Origin: Botryllus schlosseri | Taxonomy: Eukaryota | Assembly (NCBI GenBank): GCA_051294905.1 | Contig: CM119372.1 | Coordinates: forward strand, 35,280,001 to 35,344,000 | Direction of reading: 5' to 3' | Length of the DNA: 64,000 nt | In this document: positions 1 to 13,217 of the stretch, one piece after another | How positions within the stretch are numbered: position 1 is the stretch's first letter | How the letters are laid out: each line of letters starts with the position of its first letter | Translations under genes and position numbers: made by a program | Notes under the pieces: model-generated | Told to the model about the DNA's origin: nothing | Databases searched by the model: none | The model's input: the letters and a program-made list of their open reading frames with translations, nothing else

Positions 1-239
1 GTATCACTTACAATATGAAATATTGAATAAAAATATTGAATCCAGAATGACTCCGCTAGCTAATGCATAATATTTTCATTTGCCGTTGTCGAACGTCAAT
101 GCAATATTTCTCTAGAATATTTCTCTAGAATGGTTAGGTTGAATAAATAAATGCTGTTCACCACATCCGTCCATTAGCGTAGAACTGCAATGAATTGGTG
201 AGGCTTTATTTCCGAAGGTACAAGATTCACCATGAGAGT

Positions 240-465
240 ATTATTAATATTATTAATAATAATAATAATATTTGCACAACACGGTGGCCCTTATCGCTTT
301 TTCAGGCTATCGTGTGGCCATCGTGGTCTCTGCTGCCGACTTGTAGCACGGCTCACTTTATGTCTGGGCTTTTCAATACACTACGGTAGTAGTGAGATCG
401 GCGTTGAGGAGCCCATTTCCATTGGTGTCGTGACTTAGTGCGGAACCAACTGCGCCACCGCTCCC
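240..465 (-). mobile_element. Degenerate tRNA-derived SINE copy
   Basis: Shares ctgccgacttgtagcacggc and cattggtgt segments with the copies at 21552 and 41691; ends approximate. Confidence 0.55.
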
Positions 466-549
466 ACCCGCTTCTCCAAATAGAGATATATACTGCGATG
501 TATACTGTATAAATATATTTTTATTTCATAATAGTTGGATTTATTACAG

Positions 550-726
550 ATTGATACTGCGACCTTTACTGAACGCTGTGGGATTAAAGAAGTGAAGGAC
601 AAAGATGTTCAATTTATCGAACATTTCCTGAAATATGTATCAAATTTCTGTGATTTAACCGGCTGGAAATTTACCGAAGACCATGTCTCCCGTATACAAG
701 TTGCACTGGATGAGATTAAGAAACCA
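550..726 (+). CDS. Probable upstream exon (phase 0-0) of the large ZU5/death-repeat gene; possible degenerate LRR-like segment
   Basis: ttattacAG|ATT ... AAACCA|GTaaga; open frame IDTATFTERCG...FCDLTGWKFTEDHVSRIQVALDEIKKP. An alternative in-frame acceptor lies at 535. Joins in frame to the exon at 3227. Confidence 0.6.
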
Positions 727-891
727 GTAAGAGATCTGGTTATAAATCTACATTATATATTGGATGGGACAGACTCTTATTTGAATCTTCAAACAATGTA
801 GGGATAATGAAAAATAAATATTGTTGCAACGAATGTCATTGTAAGCTTTTGTGTAAAGGGGCAAGGAGTATACGATACGTTATACTATGAC

Positions 892-2769
892 CAGGGCTGT
901 GAAGTCGGAGTCGGTGGAGTCGGAGTCGGAGTTTGGCTAATTTTCGTCTGATCGAGTCGGAGTCGGAGTCGTGCAAACTATAGTGGCTGGAGTCGGAGTA
1001 GTGGAAAGAATACGGACCGGAATCGGAGTCGGAGTTCGTGAAAGAACTCTGACTCCGACTCCAACTTCTTTATCAGGAAAACAATTGCTTTCAAAGGATT
1101 TTCAATATAATTTTTATGTACCACCAATCACTGATATTAGTAACGATACAGATCAGGGGTGGCCAACCCGTGACCCACAGGCCGAATGTGGCCGCGAGAA
1201 GTTTTTGTGGGGCCTTCGAGATAATTCTCGGAATTGGTTATAACATCAGGTAAAATTGCAAGGCCAACCAAAATTTGATTAGCCTGACCGCGAAATTGGA
1301 TGATGACTAAAACAGCAGTTCTGACGCATTGACGTAACCAGGGGCCAGACACATTTATCCCAGACCGTGTATGATCAAAAAGTAGAACATTTCGTAGCAG
1401 ATTTTTTTGTGTTGAAATTTTTCGTAGCACTTCACATGATCTATTGTTACTGGATTTCATGCATTCAACATTGGATCCCCCTCCTGAAAATTATAAATAG
1501 CCTACTTGTAATCTACAGAATTAAATCTAACTATATTCACAATTAGGAGATAACATGCAACTTCGCTTGTGCGCTCGATGCGAGATCGTCGGCGATGAAA
1601 CATTTGCACAAAATGATCGAAGCATGTTCACCGAAACCGTCGATATTGCTATGTCTAAACGCCGAATAATATCGTCCTTGCCAAATGAACCCAGTGTTAT
1701 ACAGAGGTGACCCTTAATATATGTAAGTAACATTTATATTGATAGAACTCATTCATACCTTTGAAAAAATTTCGCGCTTTGCGTGACCAGGGCATGACTG
1801 CACACTGCACAGTTGCACACGGAGTTTTCATGACATAGTTGTTATCAATTTTAAATCGTAGTAATATAAGTCTTGTTTTTAATGTTACCGAATTCGGTTG
1901 GCTCCTATCGGACGACTAAAAAAAGGTGTAACATTCCAGTTGCCCGCGCAATGATTCGTAAACATCATGAGGTCCTTTGGCCGAGAAGGTATGCCACCCC
2001 TGATGTAGATAAAATTGGAAATTATTTGCAAATTACAATTCAGTTGCATAGAGAAATATTATCACAAAATGCATCTTCGCGATGCAGTCAGAAATTGATG
2101 AAATTTTTGGAATTATACCATGAAGCTGTGACATAGTAAATACATCGTCTGGTTTTGAACAATTGTAAAATTGATGTGAATATAACGCTGCTTGCCACTT
2201 GACAAAATGCTATTTGACTAATTCCTAAATTTCGTTTATGACCAATGTCTATTAGTAGTGAGAGTGTGTGCGTGCTTGTAATCAGTACAGTATGTAATAT
2301 GAAAATTAGTAAGTTGAATGTCTGTAGTTGCTGACTCATTCACAAGAGCACTTCGATTGCTTTACCTACATTTTAATTATACAGGATTTGATATATGTCA
2401 TGTTTGAATGCTTCATACATATTAGAATATTAGAGAGTCCATGTTATAAAAACATATAAAATATGAAAAAGGAAGGATATTTAGAAAGGCATTCTTTCAT
2501 GTTAATTACATAATGAATAATTCGAGCTGTGCCACAATGAAACAATTTTGCATGCCATTGTTAAGCATATGTTTGCATATGTTTAATGGTTATATGATAG
2601 TCATTTAACCGTCAGTGTGGCATATAATTTTATAAGTAGATTGGTAATACTGTTGGAATCGGAGTTGGAGTCGAAGTCGGTACGTTTAAAGACTCAGGAG
2701 TCGGAGTCCGTATATTGAAAATGTGTGGAGTAGGAGTCGGTGGCAAAATTTAGCGACTCCACGGGACTG
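892..2769 (+). mobile_element. Non-autonomous hAT-type element with (GGAGTC)n subterminal repeats and a nested MITE (~1154-2003)
   Basis: Ends CAGGGCTGTGAAGTC / GACTCCACGGGACTG; 8-bp TSD ACTATGAC (884-891, 2770-2777). Confidence 0.85.
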
Positions 2770-2885
2770 ACTATGACTATTGATATTTCTTTTTGACTTC
2801 GGTAAAAATCTGATGGGTTTACTTATCTCATCAGTTAACATTGTCTTGTTAATAATTGAATTGGTAATAATTGGTGCCACTATTT

Positions 2886-3208
2886 CAGTGGTTCTCAACC
2901 TGGAGGGCGCGCCACCCTTGGGGAGGGGAGGGGGGCATGAAACATCTTAAGGGGGCGCGAAGAAGCGGTCAACTGAGAAAATTTTGGCGCTCTCGTGATT
3001 CACCTCCAATTCACGTGTGTTTCTCTATATCTAGACTGAATTTCATGATTTTTAATTATCTCATCAACAGTCGTAACCTTCCATTCCATCAAACAATCTG
3101 ATGGGTTTGCTAGCATCCCGGTTGGATTTTGGGATATGACGATAAGGGGGACGCAAAATTTTTCACTATCATTAAGGGGGACGTGTCTAAAAAAGTTGAG
3201 AAACACTG
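2886..3208. mobile_element. hAT-type MITE
   Basis: TIR CAGTGGTTCTCAAC / GTTGAGAAACACTG; 8-bp TSD CACTATTT; second copy at ~58176-58488. Confidence 0.85.
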
Positions 3209-3226
3209 CACTATTTTCACTCACAG

Positions 3227-3293
3227 AAATTGAAAGTGCAGATCGATGATGGGATAATACTTACAGCGCGGCGAAACTGGCGCCAAACGTCTG
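3227..3293 (+). CDS. Small exon (phase 0-1), linker before ZU5
   Basis: ttttcactcacAG|AAATTG ... TCTG|GTaatg; KLKVQIDDGIILTARRNWRQTS; in frame with both neighbours; followed by a 64-nt intron. Confidence 0.6.
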
Positions 3294-3357
3294 GTAATGA
3301 GCTTTTAATTCAGTTCGTACGATAGATAGTCACAGTAAATATTTTAAAACGTTCCAG

Positions 3358-3440
3358 AGTCAACCATGACTGGGAGAGGTGGAATCTCTGAGCTGCGAAA
3401 AGTGAATATTCAAAAGAATTCATTGCCCAACGGAACTAAG
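3358..3440 (+). CDS. Exon encoding N-terminal strands of ZU5-like domain 1 (phase 1-0)
   Basis: gttccAG|AGTCA ... ACTAAG|GTaaaa; (E)STMTGRGGISELRKVNIQKNSLPNGTK aligns with AEIGQEGGAIEVGGCKISFVAGSFNNVK of the second module (ZU5 'GxxGG...IP.GAL' pattern). Confidence 0.75.
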
Positions 3441-3868
3441 GTAAAATGTAGGTTTACTGGTATTTAACAGTAAATTGCATTATCAGAATATATTTTAGTG
3501 TGGTTCAAACCGGAAAATATTATTAGTTACGACGTCTTGTATACATCGCCTTTGTAGTATCTTTATGGTAAACACAAACCTGTAGACGTTACATATTTCA
3601 GTCATATTTAAACGGGTAGATACGAATCCCAATCGGCTATAATGATGCATTGGGCAATGTGAAGTTAAAATGCAATGAATTATGCCCGTAACCTATTATA
3701 GGTAAAAAAAAAAATTCGTTTTTCTATTTTTCCGGGTGACAAACCAAAGAAGTTTCCGTTTTAATTACCAAGAAAAATTTGAAATAATGTTGTTCGCATT
3801 CACATCAAGTATGGCCAGGCTACCTATCAATCTTATGTAGTGTTTAGGTATATTTTCCTTTTCTACAG

Positions 3869-4610
3869 ATTACGTTGGAACGGATGAATCAAATGCCGCA
3901 CGATTTAAAAATGGATTCGGGCCTGCCTATCACACCAGCTATACGTGTGAATTTAGATGGTGACCATCAAGTGCCACAACACTTTTGGATGACCATGACC
4001 ATGCCAACTTATCAAAGATACAACGTCAATGACACGGCTAGAATTCTTTTCATCGCTGACGAATCAGACATTTGGGAAGATATAGGGGAAACAGATGCAA
4101 AAAAAGAAATTACATATCGTTGCACGAGGACCGATGGAACCTTTCGAGTTTTTTGTGATGTCAATTTTGAATCCACAATTTTTCGGATGGGCGGTACGTT
4201 GTGGGCGAAGAAAACCAAGTTGATATTGACATTTCAGCAAAATCACCCACTTTGCCGAAGCGAAGTCGAAGAAGTAATGACAAAGTACGGCTACCAAGTC
4301 GTTACTGACCTGTTCAATGTCACAGCCGTTAAACTGGAGGATGTCATCAGTGTAACTATGAAGATAACGAATCCATCAGATGTATCATTCGATGAAAAGA
4401 ACAGAGTGACTACGAGATTTCGACTGACCAAACGGTTTCTTGAATGGGGTTCGTTTTTCACGTCAAAGACATACAAATTAAAATCAAGCAGCTGTCAAGA
4501 ATGCCGGGTGAAAATCTCCTACGAGGTATGCAAAAACAAGAAAACAATCGATCGGAGAGTCGACGTTGATCGAGAACGAAAAGTAACTTTCAGAGATCAG
4601 GATATTTCAA
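3869..4610 (+). CDS. Exon: remainder of ZU5-like domain 1 plus UPA-like beta domain (phase 0-1)
   Basis: ttttctacAG|ATTACG ... ATTTCAA|GTaagt; 742 nt open (ORF 3875..4633). ITLER...LPITPAIRV matches the ZU5 'lsPvv' motif and is paralogous to ITVKA...EAITPTIHV in the 55250 exon. Confidence 0.8.
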
Positions 4611-5806
4611 GTAAGTTACTTCGTGATTCATAACTTCCAAATACGGTAAATACGATTCTACTGACTGAAATTCGAAACTATTCTGGAAATTTCATGACGG
4701 TAATACAACAATATTACAAAATTGTTAACTGTATTGCTACTCCTTATGTAACCTTACAACGTTAATATTTATCTCTCATATATAAATTGCTTTTTATAAA
4801 GATCTACAGAATTAAATCCGCTCTGTCGTTCCGGATTTTAAAATTCACTCGTATCAGTCAGAGACCGAGCACAATTGAAAACAGTGATAGCGCATCATTG
4901 TCCCGATCTCAAAATTTACGATTACTGGTATCAATTAAATTGGCACACTGAATTATCTTCCTCTGCGGCTCGCATTTGTACTACTACTGGCTGTTCGGAT
5001 TGCGAGGATGGGACTACTCTGCGACGAATGCTGACCATTTCAACGACCGAGCATACGAAAATATGAAGGTTTGCCCAATCAGCGGCGGTCATCTTTGGCG
5101 ACGGCTTGTCGCCGCCCATCTTTTCGACACAGCATTTTCTCACCGCTATTTTGGCCAGAGCTTTACGTCTTCGTGTGTCCCGACGTACAAGGGGTTGACC
5201 TAGAAATTAATGTGTGTCATAGACCCGCACCCGTTGGTTTGGATTTGAATAATATAGTATTTACGGTGAGCACCACGATAATTAATAAATAAAGTGTTGG
5301 TCACCGTAAGTACTATTTTATTCATAATCCAAATTTTTCGACGACCATAACTCCGCTTCTACTGGTTGGAATTGAACCAAATTTGGTAAACATCGTTTCT
5401 ATACACAACGTAACACTTTCATGGGGTGAACAGAAACTTTTCAAATTTTTTTCTATTTATTTTTATGTAATAAATATAAACTTTCTTCTCCTGCAGCAAT
5501 GCGGCTTCTGGTTGCAATTGAACCAAATTTGGTGTGTGGGCTTAAATTAGGTAGCCAGTACGATTTGAGAAAAAAATTCATTTTTGTAGAGCCCTATTGC
5601 ACACCTCTACACTAAAGCATTCCACCGGTCTTCGACGGTGAGTTCCAGATATATTGATTATAGTACCCAAAACCGATACTTTGGATATGTAAACCTAACC
5701 CCCTGAAAATCGCGCAATGCGCGAAGAAATTGAAAATTGTTAACACATATTACATACGTAATAACTGTTCGCTCTGGTGCTATGGCGACCAAAAATTCGA
5801 CCCTTT

Positions 5807-7643
5807 GGGATCCATACTTTAAGAGAGGAGTTCTTATGGGATTTGTCGCGACCTGGGTATAAATTCGGGTCGCGACCGCACTACGGCAATGTTTTAATAT
5901 CCATGTAATATTTCTTGCAATTGCGATTCTCGCATTCCACTGTAAATATGTTATGTTAATACATGTTAAAGGTCACTGTGTTGCGTACTAGCCTACAGAA
6001 ACGACAAACGTGGTTACGAGTATATTGCTTGATGATCAAAATGTACCGAACATTGTATTATATAAATTTGTTGGACGTTATCATTAGATTTGTCCGACAT
6101 TGTTTGTCTGGAAAGCTCTAAATGACGTGGGTATTATTCGGACGTGATAAGATCGAGGGAAAAGCGGGGTCTAACTATCGCACAGCGATTTATTTTGAAC
6201 ACGCCCAATTTTTAGAAATGTATCTTCAAGTTTAATTGTAATTTTGAATGAACTGTACTCCCACTACCGTCTATCAATGTGCACTACCGACCACCGTCCC
6301 CTCTATGTGGCCATGCCCGTCAAACCTAAGCATATACTGAAAGTAAAAATGTATCCCTTTCAAATCGTGAAGCTTAGGTCGTAAGATTCAACTAAAAGTC
6401 TGATTTGGGTCGCGGTATAAAACGTATGAGAGCACTGCCTGAGAGCCCTTAAAGGCGAACAATTAGCATTTACAGTAACTTGCCAATGTGATTTTATAAC
6501 TATAATAATGGTATTTACTACTTTTTCCGTACCTCGTGCTAATCGAGCCGTTATAATAATCGGATGATAGTTCAGAGATAGGAAACCGAACGTCAATTTG
6601 ACGTCATTTTTCGAGCACGTCGCAGGCTCAGACGTACTAGTGCACTGTATAGGCCTACCGGCCACACACTCGCTTTCAAACCAGAATTTTGATCTCATAA
6701 TAATTATAGTGCGGCGGTAGTCAAACAAGTTTTTACAATTGCGTCGAAACCACTAAGGTTAGGGAGCGATCGCACTTGAATTTCCTATTTGGTTTATTTG
6801 AATTATTCCACGTCGAAAAAGTAAAAATTATTTGCGCTTTTCATCCGCACTCATCCGGATTTTCATCTGCCTCATAGACACCACGCTCAGCATCCGCACT
6901 GCAATATTTTCATTTGCACAAGTGCGTACCATCCCGCAGATTGAGAAGAACTGTATTAACATATTGAAACATAATAAAAATGTCCGGTCTCCAGACACCT
7001 CCAAATCGCAAATTAGGCCTACTGTGGAAGCTAGTTTCGTTGCGTACAATGATATCGAGTGGAAACAATACAAGAAGAAGCACATATTAATTAGAATCAC
7101 CCATTGTTGGTGTAACAATCCGACAGTCGCATTTACGGGCACAGCCACATAGAGAGGACGGTGATAGACGGTAGTGGGAGTACCGTTCATTCAAAATTAC
7201 AATTAATGTTTCAGATTCATTTCTAAAAATTAGGCGTGTTCAAAATAAATCGCTGTGCGGTAGTTAGGTACCGCTTTTCCCTCCCTCTACCCTGTCCGAA
7301 TAATACCCGCACCATTTGGAGCTTTCCAGACAATCAATGTCGGACAAATCTAATGATACCGTCCATCAAATTTATATAATACAATGTTCGGTACATTTTC
7401 ATCATCAAGTAATATACTCGTAACCACTTTTCTCGTCTCTGTAGGCTAGTACCCAACACAGTAAACTTTGACATGTATTAACATAACATATTCACAGTGG
7501 AACGCGAGAATCGCAAAGAAGGTTTTTTATTGCAAGAAATATTACATGGATATTAAAACATTGCCGTAGTGCGGTCGCGACCCAAATTCATACCCGGGTC
7601 GCGATAAATCGCCTAAAAACTCCTTTCTTAAAGTATGGATCCC
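5807..7643. mobile_element. Foldback-type element with ~500-bp inverted arms
   Basis: 5807-~6325 (GGGATCCATACTTTAAGA...) is the reverse complement of ~7130-7643 (...TCTTAAAGTATGGATCCC); no clear TSD. Confidence 0.8.
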
Positions 7644-7693
7644 ACACGATCTTTGAGATATTCGGAATACCAATGCAACCAAGCTCTTTTTAG

Positions 7694-7891
7694 GTTCAGA
7701 CATGTGCGACGAATGCAGCTTCACTGAAGAATTATTAACGCGATTTTCTGATTCCGCGGAGTTCAATGAATTTGCGAGATCTGTAGATGGGCTGCGTATT
7801 GATCGAAATCAACATGGGAGAATTCAAAAAAAATATTCGACTGATGGAGAACGGCAAATCGCAATGCTCAATTATTGGCGATCGAACAACG
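7694..7891 (+). CDS. Exon: canonical-looking death domain, approx. helices 1-4 (phase 1-1)
   Basis: cttttttAG|GTTCAGAC ... AACAACG|GTatga; FNEFARSVDGLRIDRNQHGRIQKKYSTDGERQIAMLNYWRSNNG fits the death-domain pattern lAR.lgl....i..I......EQ...ML..W....G. Confidence 0.8.
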
Positions 7892-8179
7892 GTATGAGAA
7901 TTAGCTTCCTCAATGCATTGCAAGTATTTTGATACTTGTCTTGTATCCGTGCTGGTGACACTTCAAATGCTATTCGCTATGCCATAAGGGCCTAAGTCTT
8001 GTAGATGGAAATATCTCTCCAATATCGTGGTAATTGAACCTAATATCAATTCAATTCGATCGTCACTCGAAATCGCGGGTAAACTCGACAGCAGTTTGTG
8101 GTCAAGTTCGATAACCGTTTATTAATAGCAACCATTTATTAAATTCGATACCTTAATTATGAGAATTCGTGTGATCAAA

Positions 8180-8957
8180 AGGAACGACTTGACTTGACTA
8201 GGCCCTACAGAAATGTGGATTGACTCGTGACCCGCAGTAAAATTTGCGAGTCAATTTCAAGTCATCAAGTACACAGTGTCGAACAAATCACCGAATCTTA
8301 ACTATGTTAGGATTGTTCGCGATACGCCGGTTTCACTAGTGAGAAAACCCAGCCTTTCACTGATTGCACTTATCACTGGACCATAATTGTAGCAACGTAT
8401 CCCTGTTTCTTAGGCCGCTCGGTGCTCACATTGCGCAGTGATCCCTTTACCAACCCTCTTGTATAGTTTGAATCGAACGAATTAAGTTTATGCTGTTATA
8501 TTCCCCTGGATCTGTAGATAGTAGCGTATTGTACCACATTACCATATTAATTTGTATCTACTTCTCGAGGCTTTGTATGCGTTCCCCAAGTTTAGCTGAT
8601 AATACCAAATTGTAGCATGCAGTTATACAGTTACTCAGCTGTTTTATTAGCAGTTCCAGATGTGCGTGAACGATACGTCTTCTTGCATGTATATTTAACA
8701 CTATAAATTGTTTATTTCAAGATAAATGACCAATTAATCTGTCTTTCACACAACTAGCAAAATTTAATGACTTTAAACCATCACTAATATTTCGAAGATT
8801 CAATTTGACATGGATTGTGACTTGACTAGTGACTTGACTTGACTTGATTCAAGTCACCTTCGAAAATCGATTGACTTGACTTGACTTGACTCGAGTCACA
8901 ATGTCCAATGACTCGAGATGACTCGTTATTCGAAGGTAGGGACTTGATCCCAACACT
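8180..8957 (-). mobile_element. Truncated copy of CAAGT/GACTCGAGTC-repeat hAT MITE
   Basis: Ends GACTTGATCCCAACACTG; homologous to 9373-10251 in the opposite orientation. Confidence 0.75.
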
Positions 8958-9372
8958 GTTGTGTGGTAGGCTACCCGTCGGTAATAGTAAAACCAATAAT
9001 TCTAAGGTTTTCTGACACTAAGTCGAATTCGTGAATGTGGATAACACGATAAGACATACCTGGGAAAATCAAATAGCTGTACATTTGTTCTTTGCAGTGT
9101 GTCATGCATTTAACTTGAATGAAAAACTTTAAAAATTAAAATACGAATTTACTCTACATAGACGCGTATACTTTATGTCGGCGCCTAAATGATATTATAT
9201 GCATAGCATCACTCACAGCTTATAGCTGTATCGAAGTACATAGATTAATAAATCATCCTAATGGCTAATAGGTATTTCATTGTTGAGAATCGCCAAACGC
9301 AAACAATTGTGAAGTTTACTGGTGCTACTGAAAGAAAATGAATTTATATGTCCCCACCTTTATTATATATGG

Positions 9373-10251
9373 AAGTGTTGGGATCAAGTCACTACCTTCG
9401 AGTCACTAGTAATTTCTAGTCATTTCACATTTTGACTCGAGGCTAGTCAAGTCAAGTCAAGTCACGAGTCAAGTCACATTTCAAGTCACATTTCAAGTCA
9501 AGTTGCCTTTTTGAAGTATGAGGCATGATTACGTCATTGCAATTTGCTAGCTGTCTGAAATACAGATTGAGTGGCCATTGATTCCGAACCGATGAACGAA
9601 TATAGTTAAATATACACGCAAGAAGTCGCTATTAAAGTACGTAAGTAATTGCATAGCCTCCGTTTATAGTTACCAGCCGAAATAAGATTATAAAAACAAA
9701 CAGATAAGATGCAATACAACACCCATTTACAAATAGATATGATACAATTCGAGCATGCGCTAATGGTTGAGGACAATAGAAACTACAGTAGAATTCAATT
9801 TAAATAAAACAAGAGGTTTGGTAAATGTAAAAGAACATAGAACAGTAATATACATTTTGCTATTTTGTTACTTTACTACTAGAGTTTACGACAACGTACA
9901 AGCTGTAAGCTTCGATCACTTCGTTTGCGATCAATTTATTTATGAGATAATAATCGAGGCTCAGTGAAACGCTCGATCATTGAATGATTGGTCGCTTTCA
10001 AGGGTTACACCAGCGTTTCGCGAACAATCCGAAGATATGCAAGATACAGTGGTTTTTATCGATATTAATTACTTGATGACTTGAAATTGACTCGTGAATT
10101 TTGCTCCGTGTCACCATTCAATCCACATTTCTGATATGCCGAGTCAAGTCAAGTAATTTTAGCAAATTGACTCAAGTCAAGTCAAGTCATACGAAAAAGG
10201 TTACTCGAGTCTGACTCGAGTCAAGTCATGACTCGAGTCATCCCAACACTG
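9373..10251 (+). mobile_element. hAT-type MITE with CAAGT/GACTCGAGTC subterminal repeats
   Basis: TIR (c)AGTGTTGGGAT / ATCCCAACACTG; TSD ATATATGG/ATCTATGG. Confidence 0.85.
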
Positions 10252-10286
10252 ATCTATGGATATTACTGGTGAATCAAATCATTTAG

Positions 10287-10547
10287 GAAAATTTGTTAAA
10301 GCAAAGCAGCTACACCAAGTGGTGGAGCGCTATCTGAAACGAAGGGAGGTGCTGGAGCGTTCATTGCAAGTGATAATCACAGAAATATTATCGAAGATTG
10401 GAGATAACGCTCAACTAATTGAGTTTTTCAACTCACCGAAAGGAATGTGTTTGTCAATGGATGATATCCAGGACATATGCGGAGATGGTGACACAATAGG
10501 CCCAGTTCAGCAAACACGTATATGTCGCGAATGGTGTCGAATAAAAG
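10287..10547 (+). CDS. Exon: divergent death-like unit (phase 1-1)
   Basis: atttAG|GAAAATTT ... ATAAAAG|GTaaca; 261 nt; ILSKIGDNAQLIEFFNSPKGMCLSMDDIQDI...QTRICREWCRIKG. Confidence 0.75.
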
Positions 10548-11427
10548 GTAACACGATATATGAATACATTACAGTTAATATAGCGTGTACGTTCCAAATA
10601 TGATCAAGACAAGTATACCTAACTGTCGATATCGGTCATCTAGTTCGTTCGAAAATGAGAGATAGTCGATCGGCGTGTCCGGTGTTGGATTTGCCAAAGC
10701 CTATCAGTCCTCCAATGCCAACACGATGATTAGACTCATGGCGCTACACCAGGTGCGGGCAACTTCTACAGTCAGCGGGAAGTCGGATTAAAGCAATACA
10801 ATATAATCGCGGTTCTATTCAACTATACTATGAATATATCTTACTTATTGTGAACTTTAAACTTAAAGTATAGAGACTAAAAGAATGTTCAATAAATATA
10901 TTACGGAAATGTACTTTAACGGTTGTTGTGGTCAATAGGACATATTTGTGATCGATCAAAGTTGATAACAAGTTCTTTGAACTCTGGCTGCATGTCGGAC
11001 GTAGGGACCCGTAGTAAAGACAACAAGTAAACATCAGTTTGATATGAGCGCAGCTTTGTCTTGCTAATGCGTATGATCGAAAATATTTGCTCGCAAATTT
11101 GCTTTCATGGCCATGTTTGTAAGATTGGGAGACTTGGAATTGTTCAGTGACGCATTTATGCACATCACAACGAAAACAAAGAACTAACGAATAACCTGCA
11201 GTCACTATAATTTGACGTAGTAAGCAAGCAGTGGGGGATTGTGACAGACTGTGGCCGTGGGCAACGTTATCATGTAAGACCGGATACAGTCCGCGGGACG
11301 CTCAAAATCACGTTGCAGGTCGTATATTTCCCGCCCCTGCTCCACGCCAATGACAGTCCTGCCGAAACCACGACCGTCTATCCGGGCTTGCAACTGGCGC
11401 ATGTTTTGTATGTCAGTGGCTGTATGG

Positions 11428-12837
11428 CAGTGGTTCGCAACCTTTTTCATCTCGTGCCCCCTTTGCCGAAATTTGAGCCCAAATTCCCCACTTAGGAGAA
11501 ATCTTACAGATCAGTAAACAGGTCATTTTCACCGCGCAAACACCTGTTGACTGAAAAATAAGACGAGTGGTACCGAGTGTTTGTTTCTAACAGGGCTGTA
11601 ACAACAATTTGTAGACCTCCTAAAACAATAGTCGTCGGCCCAATCAAACAAATTCCGGATGGCTTGACTCAACAGACCCCCACACTTCCATTTGTGTTTT
11701 CGGATTACCATGCACAAATCGCTAATATATAATAACTGTGTGAAAAATCAGTATGCATCAATTTACTGGTCTCGCGAATATTTTCTCAAGTTTGCGTCTG
11801 CATTTGGCCAATAATATTGGTACTTTCATATATAAGAGGGTTTATCAGACTCGAGTCCGATTCGGGTAACCATTTTCTGATGACTCGACTTGACTCGAGT
11901 GCGGAAACGACTCGACTCGAGAGAATCTGTGTATTGACTCGACTTGGACTCGAGTCATTGTGCATGACTCGAACCAAGGCATATGATTCGAGACTATAAT
12001 ACGGCCACATTCATTGTCATTTCGAAGAACAGTTAAGTGACTATATATACTCTATTGGAATTTCGTCTATCGGTTCTGGTACTTGAGAATGCGACAGGAA
12101 ACTGCTCAAAGTGATGAAAATTAGTATATTACAAATCCAAATCATTCAATATCACCAAACAGAGTTATAAAAAGTGGGTTCAACAGACTTCAACTGGAAA
12201 CTGAGCAGTCAACACAATGATTCGGACTCGAGTCATAATTCCATGAATCGGACTCGACCCTCTGCTCGGTTACTTGGGCTCAGACTTGACTCGAGTCAAA
12301 ACTATGAAAGTGAGATTGACTTTGTGACTCGGAGCCTCGTGACGTGGTTACAGCCCTGATATGTAACATACGCGTGATCAGATTTCCTGGTGGAGCTCAT
12401 TGAAATTTAGGACACCCGTTCCGTTTCGGCATCATTGCACCAAGTTTAACTTGTCATTTTTACGATCGGCTAGCTATTCACTAAAGGTAAAGCAAGGCTA
12501 GCGATCTCTTTGACTTGAATCGATGACGTTGGAATATTTTGTCACTGTCTGAAAATGTTGACATGAAAATATAAGATGAATACTTTCACTAGAGGCCTTG
12601 TCGTGATAGATTCGGCACGAGATTTTCTCGCTTAGGATATATTTGATAGAGAGGTCGTCGTCGGCCTACAAAATTGTCTTGCGAACTGCAGCACATTTGA
12701 ACTAGTTTAAAAAAATGGGAATTTGTATGTGAAAAAGAGATTTCAAATAGCGGTTGAACATACTTCCAGCCCCCCCCCAAAAAAAACATAAGGAGCATAC
12801 GTTCGGATATAACTTCCTCCCCGGTTGGGAACCACTG
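11428..12837. mobile_element. hAT-type MITE with nested GACTCGAGTC-repeat element (~11840-12358)
   Basis: TIR CAGTGGTTCGCAACC / GGTTGGGAACCACTG; TSD CTGTATGG. Confidence 0.85.
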
Positions 12838-13001
12838 CTGTATGGATTCTTGTGAGCTAGCTAGCTGTAACCGAGCTAGATATGAATTGTTTGCAAAATC
12901 AAAAGTGGCCGGTTACGTATCTAGATATTTTGTCGTGAAATGTTGCAATTTTGCTACAATTTTGGCCTCACTATGCCAACGATTTCAACTTGTATTGACA
13001 G

Positions 13002-13217
13002 ACAACAAATTGTCGCCAAAAAAGATTAATTGCTTGGTTGATCAATATCAAAAGGAGAAGTGCTTCGAATATACGTGTTCACAATTCAAAGATTATGACG
13101 AATGGGTTTCATTCACACGTGTTAAGTTTGGAATAGATCCAACGGGGACCGATACAGAGATAAATAATACTCCGAAGGAACTTCGAAAACTATTCGAAAA
13201 ATGGTTGGACTACATCG
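13002..13217 (+). CDS. Death-like repeat exon R1 (phase 1-1, 216 nt)
   Basis: ttgacAG|ACAAC ... TACATCG|GTgagt; SPKKINCLVDQY..KCFEYTCSQFKDYDEWVSFTRVKFGID...LRKLFEKWLDYIG. Confidence 0.88.

Noticed and set aside
4802..4930. Possible linker exon between UPA and the first death domain
   Set aside because: The best acceptors hit stops in phase 1 and there is no convincing donor; 4610 joins 7694 in frame without it.
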